Shown: one piece after another, positions 35,451-46,506 of the stretch | Numbering within the stretch: position 1 is the stretch's first letter | Layout of the letters: the number at the start of each line of letters is the position of its first letter | From: Atractiella rhizophila | Taxonomy: Eukaryota | Assembly (NCBI GenBank): GCA_021432655.1 | Contig: MU271503.1 | Coordinates: 1 to 52,215, forward strand | DNA length: 52,215 nt | Direction of reading: 5' to 3' | Notes under the pieces: model-generated | Databases searched by the model: none | Seen by the model: the letters and a program-made list of their open reading frames with translations, nothing else | Told to the model about the DNA's origin: nothing | Made by a program: the position numbers and the translations under genes

Positions 35451-36029
35451 GATAACTCTTAGATCTAGGTCCAACATCCCTCCACCATCAGTTTGCCCAC
35501 TTCAGCACTCGAAGGAAGCCAGTGCCACAAGAGGTGGACGAAGCGTTTCCAGTTCGTTTTGTTCAATTCTGTCACCGCAGACCGGCGTCCATGATTACCA
35601 GTTTGATACCCTTTTGCGTCTATTCTAACTCTAGCCCCCAATGGTTTGATTCCGTTCTGCTCATGAATTGAGACAGTGGGGTACGAAGGCGGATGCAGAG
35701 GCATCATCTTCCGATGTCGCGGTGGATGATGGCGGCTAGGTGGCAGGAATGGTATCTTCGTGATTGCTGTCTTGTTAGATACAGGAAGATTTAGGTGAGG
35801 GAGAAATGCGGCATCTTCATGACAGCTGGATCGATTATTTTGAATTATTCTTTACAATAAAACAAATAGAGGGATTTACTTACCTTACGCTTCAAAGCTT
35901 CAACGTTGAAGTTGCCAGTGAGAGGACAAGAACCTGCAACTGTTCGAATACTCTTTCAGGTGCTGTAAGTTGAGACTGTTCTTTACTCCTGTATTTTCCA
36001 CACATCGAAGTCTACAGAGTCGTGACGTT

Positions 36030-38432
36030 GTTATGTGACATTTGATCCTATATTGTACTACGGTACCAGAAACAACAAGTCGAGGAGAGGAAACAGGCGC
36101 GGTGCATACACCAGGGATACAACTTCATGTCAGTCAAATCAATCGTCGTTAGATATGCGGGAGAACAAAGCGGAATACGAGGAGATACAGTTCGTGGTAT
36201 TTTTCGTTTTGAATCGACATTAAAAAGATTTGAATAGATTTGGAAAGGTAGAAGAGTTAATAACTTTGACAGATAACTTCAAGGAAGAAGACCCGTTTGG
36301 GATCATGATTGAACATAGGTCAAAGAAAATTCGGTAGGGATGAAGGAGGCAACATGTTCTCGTTCTGAGAGGATCAGCAAGTCAAGCAGTACTTGGATAA
36401 AGACAAACGCTTATCAGAGGCAAGAACATGTTGGACTCATAGTAGATAATCAAACGCACGAAACCTAAAACGTGACTACCCATCCTCATCAACAGTTATT
36501 CAAGTGCATGTTGGGAGGCAGGGGTCAAGAGCCAACTTTCGCATGAATGAACTAGGAAGTCAATGTTGATCGGCAGCTGCCCCTCCATTTTTAGGAACCT
36601 GACAATCATCACCAAGAAAGAGGATGCTTACGTTTTGCCTCAATCCAAGCCTTACAGAACCAGTACACCTCGGGAAACTCCCTCCTGACTTCCGCACAGG
36701 TGCTCAGGTGTGCAATGATGACATCTGGCCGATTGAAGGAATCCTTTTTGCATCTTTCTCTATTCTCTTCCTCCATGATATCTCGCACATAGTCCTCTCG
36801 ATAAAACCAAACAGAATTTCGATGTCTACAGCAGTCTGTGCCGAAGACAAAGCCCTTGATCCAGTTAGTAAAGGCCTTCGCGGAGTCAGGGCGGCAAATA
36901 CTCTCTTGACCGTTCTTTCGAATAATGACTTCCCTGTATTTAGAGGGATCAAAATCGAAATAGTCAATGTCTTTGTGAGAGAGTCCGTCGTCGAATTTCA
37001 AGAGATTTCCAAAGTTGCATCCATTACGAAATGCCCTCTTGAGGAGCCCAATTCGATAAGAATAAGGCAGAACGCGGAGGTAGATCTCGCCAGGACGTAA
37101 TTTGCTTAGTTTGATAGCCTGATCAGTATTCCTCCATCTATCGTTAGGGACGGTAGGAAGTGGTAAACCGTTCTCGTGTTCAGAAGTGTTGCTAGGAAGT
37201 AAAGATAACGTCGAACAGGAATCTGGTGAGCCTACGTCTTCAGGGGACGGTAAGGTGTCAGATATGATCGACCAGTCGCTGAGCGGAGATGGAGAATTAA
37301 ACGTTTCGAGATTTAGTCTCAAGGGATTCCGCAACACAATTTTCCACGCTGTCTGTATTGAGGCACAATCTACTAGTAACATCAGGAATAAATGAGGCTA
37401 CGAGAAAATACGTGCCGAGGGATCTGAAGAGCGCTCCAACGAGTTCGTTCAAGTCGCTATCTGACATAGATGCCGAAGGTTCAATATTAACCGATGGAGG
37501 ACTGGTGGAGGTCATCGACAATACCTCAGCCGTTTGATACGCCCATCGCTGGACGGAGCTATCCTCGTTGTCGAAGACATCGTAAGCATCTGACTGGAAC
37601 ATTTTAACGCTGCAAGAGTGGGAGAAATGTCACTAACAGTTCACCACATCCTCTCTGCTTTAAAGACCATTCCGCGTCCGTCGTGACTGGACGTGTTGAA
37701 TTCTAGCGAGACGCAGAACGACCCATGCGACATATAGATTGACTTTCGCATAACAGATCTCACAGTGCGTCGCGGCGATTTTTGTCAAGGTCAAGACTGA
37801 TCGGGACCCCTGCGTTGGCGTTGAAAGTTCGAGGGACAGTCCCGCACACCTGGCTCCGCTTTGAACAGCATCAAAGAGGGTTCCCTTCCCTGCGTTGGTC
37901 AAAGCGGCGTCATGTCGACAGGACGCGGGAACCTTTTCTTTCTGGAGCTAGCTCGAGGTGAGTTATTCAGTTTGGCAAGCATTTGGTGAAGGTATATTCT
38001 CGAAAACCTGTGCGTCATGGCAGGCCCGTGGGTTTACATTTAGCAAGAGGCGGACAAAAAGCGCTGCCAAATACTTGATGTCAAAGTTATTCCAGTGATA
38101 AATGTCTATCGAAGCTGATTTGCGGTCTGCTCATGTGTACATTGCTGACCTTGCTGCATCTTTCCAGAACGTTCCGGGAATGCAAGATGAAGAGAGATAG
38201 AGCAGCCAACAGTTACCTTCAACTCCGCTCTGTTCAACTTTATTGTGTCTCAATACCCAACGTTTCGGACAAATTTGTGCGTCGCTGAATACCTGCGTCG
38301 TCCACTCGTTACGCTCGTATACCTCTGCGTCGATGAAGGCACTGCATGACTTGTCGCGAAGCTAGGCATGCTCGCATAAAAGGATTCGAGCAGAGGGAGC
38401 ATTAATTCCAACTGCCTCATTCCACACATGTC
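36030..38432. repeat. Older diverged tandem duplication, unit 2
   Basis: Colinear with ~33060-35450, including non-coding flanks. Confidence 0.85.
36609..37602 (-). CDS. Orphan protein with atypical C2HC-zinc-finger-like C-terminus, paralogue 2 (intact, 2 exons)
   Basis: Exon 1 MFQSDAY..FRSL, a probable GC-AG intron (GCACGT..TAG), then exon 2 VDCASIQ..NDRWRNT..GTDCCRHRNSVWFY..FNRPDVIIAHLSTC..FPEVYWFCKAW. Confidence 0.7.
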
Positions 38433-38667
38433 TAACTTCAAGTTGTGTCAGTATATCGAAGGAGACACCTCCACAGAGTTCATTTCTAGGTACTCTCAAG
38501 ATGAGTGGTATCAGTGGGGAGACAACCCTGCTAGTACGCACATCCTGCTTGTCTGAATCGCGGTTGACAATTCTACCATAGGTGGTTATGTCGCGCAGGC
38601 ATACCCAACTTCTTCGTCCTCTTATTCGACGGCTTCAGACCGTGCTCTCGCTCCTCCTACAGGCACA

Positions 38668-39721
38668 TTGGAGGAGAGACTTCGAGCAAAAATCAGATGC
38701 TTTGGTTCCGAAGAAGGTCAAATCACTCTTGGTTCGCAAGTTAAGGAGCATTACTATTGCCTGCGATTCCGGCCCTACTCGTCTAAGGATCTAGCAAGGT
38801 ATCCTCCTTTGCAAAGTTCGTTCTACGCCCCAATACATGGAACAGCACTGATGTGATTCTGTAGGCGTATTTCCTCACGGATACCCCTGCCTCCACCGTC
38901 ACGAGCGTTACGAACCCGGCATGACCATTCTCGCGACATTACCAATCTTTTTAGACAATCAGGAAGTAGACGCTGCAAGTGACTACCAGACCTTTGTGAA
39001 GGGGATTGCATACACCTTAGGCAATAAATCACCACTACAATGGTTCTGCCCAACCTTTGCACAACCCTTACACGCAGAGGACGCCCCTCCAGTTCTCAAA
39101 GCAAGAAAATCGGGCGACCGTGGGAGGGACATATACAAAGAACCTTTCATTCGACCAACAGACATTGTGGATGATCTTCTTTCACCACGGAACGCGAAGT
39201 TGATAGAGGGAATTTATGGCCTGAAGCAGGTGTGTGAATCAGTGCAATGCCTGTAAGAGAGACACTCCCATTGAGTTATTCACTGAAACTTAGTGCAGAA
39301 TCAAAGCCAAAACGGATTTTAAGCTCATCATGAAGAGTGAGTCCATCTTTTGAGGCCTTAGGCATGTTCTCACTCGTTGAACCGTCAGCGGGACCAGCAG
39401 TGTGACCTTTGGACCTCTAGTGTTCTTGGTGCTCTGTTGTGTGACGGTTGCCTCGCTCTTTGATAGAGCTAGGCTTCTGGCATACATTATCACTTTGAAC
39501 ACTTGTTCAGGGATTTTTCTGTTGGACGGCTCGAGGTTGGGACCGCGGTTGTGGCCAATAGTGCTGGTGTAATTATTGGCCGCAGTCGCGGTCTTCTTTG
39601 TCGAATCGTTTGCCTCGGTATATGCCTTCACTTCCAGATTATTTTCTCCGATTCCCCATCTCAGTCAGTCGAAATGTTACAACGACGTCATGATATTTGT
39701 ACTTGTGATTCTACGACGTAG
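38668..39721 (+). other. Possible degenerate or orphan multi-exon gene
   Basis: ORF pieces 38668-38856, 38921-39256 and 39503-39721 have plausible intron signals, but stops intervene. No family recognised. Confidence 0.25.
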
Positions 39722-39848
39722 TCCTATACACATGGTCTTCTCTCGATCTCCTCTCAATCTATACAACAAATTTGTGTTAATCTGATAAAGAATACTGAAG
39801 TGAACGTTGAAGATGTTAACCAATAATGTCCAAATCACTTAGCATCGC

Positions 39849-42424
39849 TCAGATATTCGGTGTCAACCTGCCGCGTCCATTAGCAGAGTTTTCAAGTGCA
39901 GCCAAAAGACAACGTACAAATCATCCCTGACCAAGCCATCCACCTCACTGGTAGCCATCGACGCGAGTCCCCTCGCCTCAAGCCAAATCCAGAGCTATAT
40001 TCCCAAATCAGTCATCAGTCTCTGGCACATCGGCAAGGGCAAGGAAATGCTTACCTTCAACATTGCGAACAGGCTGCCCGTTTCTGCTCCCCTCCTAATG
40101 GCCTCCTTGTTCCCCATCTGCCTCCCGAGCTGCCTCAAGATCGGGAGAGCGCTTTTGAAGAGGTCCATATTAGGATCGAGCTGTCTCCCTATGCCTTCCA
40201 ACAACAATATGGAGAGCACAGTATTCACAAAGTCTGCCTCGAGCTTGACATGGTGAGTGCGCACATTCCTGAGGACGTCTGTCAAGAGATCACCGAGTCT
40301 GAACTGCGCGAGGGAGAAGGTTTTGCTCTTGATGGAGAGGACGAGTCGCTGCATCTTCAGCGCGAACGTCTCGTCGTCCAACACCAAGTCCGGGGTCCGG
40401 CATCGTTCTACCATCAACTTCCCCACTTCATACCCATCGAAAGACGCCACTGCCGCGAAGAGGTCGATGAAGTTCTTCCTGTTCGTGTCGTTCAATTCCG
40501 TCACTAGGCCTGCGTCTATGAAGACCAGTTCGGGTTGGTAGCCTTTTGCATCTAGCGACTCTAACTCTTGTTCCCAACGGTTTGGATCTGATCTAGCTAA
40601 CGATTTGAGATGGTGGACGATGGAGGAGGATGCAGGGGTGTCGTCTTCTGATGTCGTGTTGGATGGTGGGGGAGGCGAGAGGAAGGGTATCTTTGATCTG
40701 AGACTATGGAGGAGGGAGCGGAAGAGGGATGGGGGACGGGGGAGGTAGAATTTGACCATTATGTTCCCAGGGTGGAGGTCTGCATGTGCAAAGTTATCGA
40801 TGAGGAGCATATTCTGTCATCACAATCACATCATCTCGACTTCCACATTTTGAGAGGAGGGACATGAAGGGAACACACCAAGAAAGCATCCAATCCTAGA
40901 TTCGCAATCCTCTCATCAAACGGTCCACCTCCAAGCTCCAAAAACCTCTCAAGGGGCACGGCTTCCTCATACTCCTCCACCAACACATCCTGATTCCCAT
41001 AAACGGGCAAAGGTCTCGGAAACGCGACTCCATACCGTCCATTAAAATTCTTCTCGAACCTCTCCAAGTTCCCAGCTTCACATCTCAAATCCAACTGAGA
41101 CTGCATCAGCTCTCCGAAGACCTCCACCTCCTCTGGGAGGGAGAGCCATTGGAGGGAAGGGAGGAGGTTGAGCGTCGAGGCGAAGAGGGACATGATTTTG
41201 AGATCGCGGGAGATGGTTGAGCGGACGCGGGGATGGATGATCTTGATAGCTACGGTTGAGGTTGGTATGGTGCTTGGATTCAATGAGGTTGGGGTGAAGA
41301 CATGTGCGGGAGTCAAGGGAGACACATCGTGTCTTGTTTTGAGATAAGACGACGGGAGGAGGTCAGGGTTCAAGGTTGCTTTGTAAACCTATTTCATTCC
41401 CGCACGAGGCTTTTTAAGAATTCGCGCGGCTGAAGGAGAGAAAGGTGAGAGGACAAGAGAAGCGGCACAAACCTGAGCCACCGCCCCAATGCCCACGGCT
41501 TCTTCTCCGAACTCTCCAAATATTTCCTTGAAGTCCCTCCCGAACGCCTCTTCGAGTCTCTTTCGAGTGTAATGTAAACTATGCGCAGTTCCTTGAGAAT
41601 GCAGACGACCGAAGAGGGAGCAGAGCGTTGGAGGGAAGAGATCGGTGCGAGAGCCGGCCCATTGAGCTAGCTGTTTAGATATAATCCTGTCAGCATATAT
41701 TGTATATGTTGAAAGCAGTGGCTTTAAGAGAGCTATGGGAAAGCGAGAAGAGATGCACCTTTATGAATGTAGGCCCTGCCCTTTCCATTGAATTCACCAA
41801 CAAACCATACCACCACTTGGTCGTGCCGAGCTCTCCATTCCCGTCATGCTCTCCATTTGCCCCATTTTCCTTATCCCCTTTCTTCCTCCGAACCAGCCTA
41901 CGCTGTTCTTTCTTGGAAAACCACTCGAGGATGAGTAGAGGAGACGAGAGGAGAACGGGGAGGAATATGATGGTCAGGTGAACGAAACGGAGACAAGTGA
42001 GTGTCGGCTCGAGGAGATAGACGTCTATCAGACGGAATATTGACTTTTGTTCCGTCCGAGGAGGAGATCGAGACTGAGGCTGAGGCTGAAAAGTTGGAGG
42101 GGGCATGCTCGGTGTGTCTAGTCGCAAGGATCTTGAATCTGCGGTTAAGGTCGCATTCGAATGATATGGAGCTCGATAGAATAACTGGTAGATGAGCACC
42201 GTCCCTCCGCCCGTTCCCAGTCCCAACAGCCACAAGAAGCTTCTGCCCCGACTTGGCAATGGAGCTCCCGCATCACCATTGCTGGCACTTGAAAACGCCC
42301 TCCGCCGAGTCTTGAAATTGAACAATATCTGAGCCTCAGAGACTCTGGGACAGACGCGCAAGGCGTAAGCTGACGAGAACCGAGGATGGCGGAGGGGGAG
42401 CAGTCGAAGGCGCGTCGTCGTCAT
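39849..42424 (-). CDS. ABC1/UbiB-family atypical kinase, ADCK2 / yeast Cqd1 (YPL109C)-like, mitochondrial
   Basis: AGPTFIKLAQWAG, GIGAVAQVY, VAIKIIHP, QLDLRCEA, HADLHPGN, FIDAGLV and LLLEGIGRQLDP motifs; presequence and TM segment. Confidence 0.9.
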
Positions 42425-42531
42425 AGTTGACGATTTCACGCGTTTCCGACTTTCTCCCATTATCTCACTGCGACATCGCGCGACATCTCGCGTTCGCTGA
42501 CTCACAATCAACTGACAGAGGAGGAAACAAG

Positions 42532-44630
42532 ATGGGACCGCCCACTTTGCCCCTGCCGCCGCCTTCCCGTCCTCTTCTAGCTATAGGCCTCGAAGGCTCC
42601 GCCAACAAACTCGGCATCGGGCTCATCCTGCACTCGCCACTTTCGCCTTCGTCCTCACTCTCTCCAGCCGAGCTGTCCGCCGTCGGGAATGCTAGAGTAG
42701 AGATCTTAGCTAACATCAGACACACTTTCGTCACACCCCCAGGCGAAGGATTTCAGCCGGGAGAGACTGGTAGACACCATGCGCAATGGATCAAGGAGGT
42801 TTTGGCGATGGCTTTGAGGACTGCGGGGAGGAAGCTGGAGGAAGTTGATTGTATTTGTTTTACGAAGGGTATGTTTCTTGAATTTCACGTTGTTACATAT
42901 GTGCGTGTCGTCGTGACATGCTATTTCTCTGTTGTTTGTGGACTCAGTTCAAAATCAGAAGACAGCTGCATTTGAAAGAGCACAGATGTCACATAATAAG
43001 CTTACTATTACGTTATCATCCCCTTATTTCTCTTGAAAGTACTGTCGGCTTTCCTCTTAAAAGGATGCAATTCTCACCGGCAACCATATCCTTTCGGTGG
43101 GCACCTGATCCCATCAATATCGCCATTCCAAACTTGGACTACACCTTACCTCTTAGACATCATTCCAAATGATGTTTTTTCCCATGTTGAGACAGAGAGT
43201 GCTTCATCCCATACCAGGAAACCACTCTCCATGCCCGGTTGAAAGTAGGCAGAAAAATGTGAGAAGGCAATTTCGTTTATTTTTCTTTGAATGGGCACTT
43301 CCCTCTTTCCTCTGAGTACCCAAGACTTGGAGCGTGATGGTTGGACGTCTCGGCCTTGTATATTTTGGTATACTCACATCTGACCTTTGTTATACCATGC
43401 CAGACGGCAGTCCACTGTTTCTGGCTGCTCAGTTTCGATAGAGCGATATCGTAGTATTCTCTGTCTACGCGCTAATCAACAAGCAAAATGTTGCCCAGTA
43501 ACTCTCTCACATATGGCGCAGGTCCAGGAATGGGAGCTCCTCTTCAAACGGTAGCGCTTGTAGCTCGCACCTTATCGATAATGTACAACAAACCATTAGT
43601 AGGCGTCAACCACTGCGTAGGCCGTACGTCCACCCTGCCACCATCTACCTCACGTCAACAGCAAACAATCTTATTCCACCGTAATGTCAGACATTGAAAT
43701 GGGTCGTCTCATCACCGTCTCTCCTTCGCCTATCGTCCTCTACGTCTCAGGAGGGAACTCGCAGGTCATAGCTTACTCTAGGAAGAGGTATAGGATCTTC
43801 GGGGAAACACTTGATATCGCTGTAGGCAATTGTCTCGACCGCTTTGCTAGAGTTATCGGCTTGAGCAACGATCCTGTCCGTCCTCCCTCTAAGAACGGAG
43901 CCTTAGCTGATAGTCGTGATTGAATTCACAAAGGCACCGGGATACAACATTGAACAGGAAGCGAAAAAGTTGGTGTGCTCTTCTCCTTAACGCCACACGC
44001 TGACTCCTTGAATGAGAATAGGGGAAAGAAGCTACTGTCCCTACCATATCAAACCAAAGGGATGGACATCATGCTCGGCGGTATTCTAACAGCGACGGAA
44101 TCATACACTCGTTCCCCGTCCTATCGTCCCACCTCATCATCGTCCGATTCAGAAGACATCATCACGGCCGCTGACCTGTGCTTCTCGCTCCAGGAACACA
44201 TCTTCTCCATGCTCGTGGAGATCACCGAGAGGGCGATGGCTCATGTGGGATCGAAGGAGGTCTTGATTGTTGGAGGCGTGGGCAGCAATAAGAGGTTGCA
44301 GGAGATGATGGGCGTCATGTGCAAGGAAAGGGGCGGAAGCGTTTATGGTACCGACGAGAGGTCAGTCATTATTTCCCCTTCCGTCGCACAGTCTTCGGCT
44401 GAGATTCGCTTTGCTGACCTCGTTAACGCGGACCAGGTTTTGCATCGACAATGGAATCATGATTGCGCATGCTGGATTGTTGAGTTGGAGAATGGGATTT
44501 GAGACTGAACTTGAAAAGAGTACTTGTACACAAAGGTACGCTTGCAACAAGTACACTGTCCACTGGGATCGTTGATCATTTAAATGGCAGGTTCCGTACT
44601 GATCAGGTACTCGTGGATTGGAGGAGTTAA
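42532..44630 (+). CDS. KAE1: tRNA N6-adenosine threonylcarbamoyltransferase (KEOPS subunit Kae1/OSGEP)
   Basis: [73 protein letters not shown] and FRTDQV..W motifs. Confidence 0.97.
42910..43381 (+). ncRNA. Candidate long H/ACA-like structured RNA in KAE1 intron 1
   Basis: Hairpin GTGACAT..ATGTCAC (42913-42992) immediately followed by H box ATAATA (42993-42998). 3' hairpin GAGTA..TACTC (43314-43375) immediately followed by ACA (43376-43378). Further hairpins lie between. Confidence 0.45.
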
Positions 44631-44867
44631 GTCAAAGAACGGTGTGCGAAAAGGACTCAAGAAGCAGCGCTTGTACCAATAAAGAAAGAGTAGAGTATGC
44701 CGAGTGGCATTCCTGAGAATTACTGTTACATTTTGCATGACAAAACGACGTCCACTAAACTGATTGACACAACTGGCCACGCACAGCTGGACCACCAAAA
44801 TAATGACGAGGACCCAATAACCAATAACCATCAACATGATAATGTCGAACAAATCGAAAATAATCAT

Positions 44868-46506
44868 CTAAAAGCTCCCTCGCCTACCATGACCACCATA
44901 TCCGATCTCAATCTCGCTCTCCTCGTCCCGTCCTGCCTCCTTCCTCTTGAACTCGTCCATCCCGATCGCTTGCCTCTCATTCGAGTTAGATTGGGTCCCA
45001 GGTCCCTCTCGTTGCGTGAGCGTCACCACATCCACCTTCACCTGCCCAATCTGCCCTGGGTTCATTGCGCTGACGGCTTTGCGCCATCCGGACGATTTGC
45101 CAGATTTGCTCTTCGAGGCTGAACGAGAACGTGACCGTCGTTCAGCGGAGGAAGAGCCATCTCGAAGAATCAGCTTCTCTTGCAGGTTCAGCACGATCGC
45201 TTGCGCCATATCTAGCACGAAGAATGATGTGTCACTGATGAGGCCCTGGTTCTAACTGGAAGCGACTCACTGATGTTGATGGCGAGAGCAAGAACGGCAG
45301 CGATTGACTGAATCGACTTGTCGGGTTGAGCCCATCTGGTAGGTCTCCGTGAGAAGGTTACAGGACCACTCAAAGAAAGGGAGGCGTACAAAGCAACATT
45401 AACCAGATTGGCAGCCGTGACCACCAATACGTAGACCATCCCCTCTCGGAACAGATAAGCAGAAAATGGGTGCCAGCCGGTATTCTTGTCGTTCTAAACC
45501 CTTCCAAGTTAACGTCTTGGATATAGGTTAGAGGCGGATAACGTACACTCCGGTTTAGATGCACAAAAGTGAGAAGAGCGATGCCCACATCTAGGACAAC
45601 GTTCGCAACATAAAATACGACTAAAAACTTTGGTAACCTAACCGGAAAAAAAAGAAGAAGAAAAGCAAAACAACAAAACCCAGAAGCCGAATTGAACCAA
45701 AACAATGACCCTCAAAACAAAAGCAAGGAAAACTCCGGAAAAAGCCAGTAGAAATAGCGCACCTTGCGGGCCAATGATGACATCATTGTACGATATTGAC
45801 CAGAACTCCAGAGCGGTCACTACGACTATAGAGGCCAGAAGGACTCTTCCTATCATGATGCTCCGCGCACAAATCGCCCTGTTCCCGTTTCTTTACTACT
45901 CGTTGAATGAATGATCGATCGAGGCAACGCACCATGCTCGATAAGCAATTATACCTGAGCAGAAGGTTGTTGCTAGAGCTCTCGAGTAACGTACCACCGC
46001 GATCCTTGAGGTTGCCGAATCAACACTTGTTAACCGAAGTGAAGGAAAGACGCACCATATTGTACAGGTATGGCGATCCGAGAAAGCGGTGGTAAAGAAA
46101 GCCAATGCCATGAAAATGACTGCCAGTGCTCCAACATATCTTTGACCTGATATTAGATCATTACTAGGAAAACGCAAGAGAGCTCACCTGGCGAGGAGGA
46201 AAAGGATGAAGACTGCGTTTATGCGCCTATCGTTGCCGCCAAAAATCGATCAACTATTCCACGTCTTGGATCACGATAGCGGGAAGAGCGCACTGTTTAT
46301 CAATCTGCCTCCGAATGTATCTCCATTCCTGTGGCACGGTTCGCAGGTATTCATACCTATTAAACATAACGTCACGTTCAATTACTTTCAAAGTCAAAGC
46401 ATTCAAAGGAAAGCATGTACCCAAATAAAGTAATAGCCGCAATTCGCACAAAACCCTGCTTCTCGTTCGAGGTGAAAGGAATGAAACCAGAATCGTGAGA
46501 AGACAT
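44868..46506 (-). CDS. DUF6533-like basidiomycete multi-pass (7TM-like) membrane protein
   Basis: Spliced N-terminus VRIAAITLFG|YEYLRTVPQEWRYI..FILSSLAR|Y matches the DUF6533 pattern YDY.LT...E..YIW..RY. Also 'GIIAYRAW', several hydrophobic helices and a hydrophilic C-tail. Confidence 0.7.

Noticed and set aside
39896..40507. Long antisense ORFs (also 25511-26089, 12892-13338, 22565-23074)
   Set aside because: Shadow frames opposite well-supported genes.
25535..42424. Mating-type (P/R) locus, because PRT1 lies in the Cryptococcus MAT locus and divergent duplicates are present
   Set aside because: No STE3 receptor, CAAX pheromone precursor, homeodomain, STE20 or STE12 gene is recognisable in the window.
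43085..43095. ATATCCTTT resembling a U12-type 5' splice site
   Set aside because: It lies inside a normal GT-AG intron that splices KAE1 in frame, has no matching U12 branch or AC end, and can pair with AAAGGAT upstream as part of a hairpin.
43427..43445. GCTCAGTTTCGATAGAGC resembling a tRNA D-arm
   Set aside because: No T-arm (GTTCRA), acceptor stem or cloverleaf.
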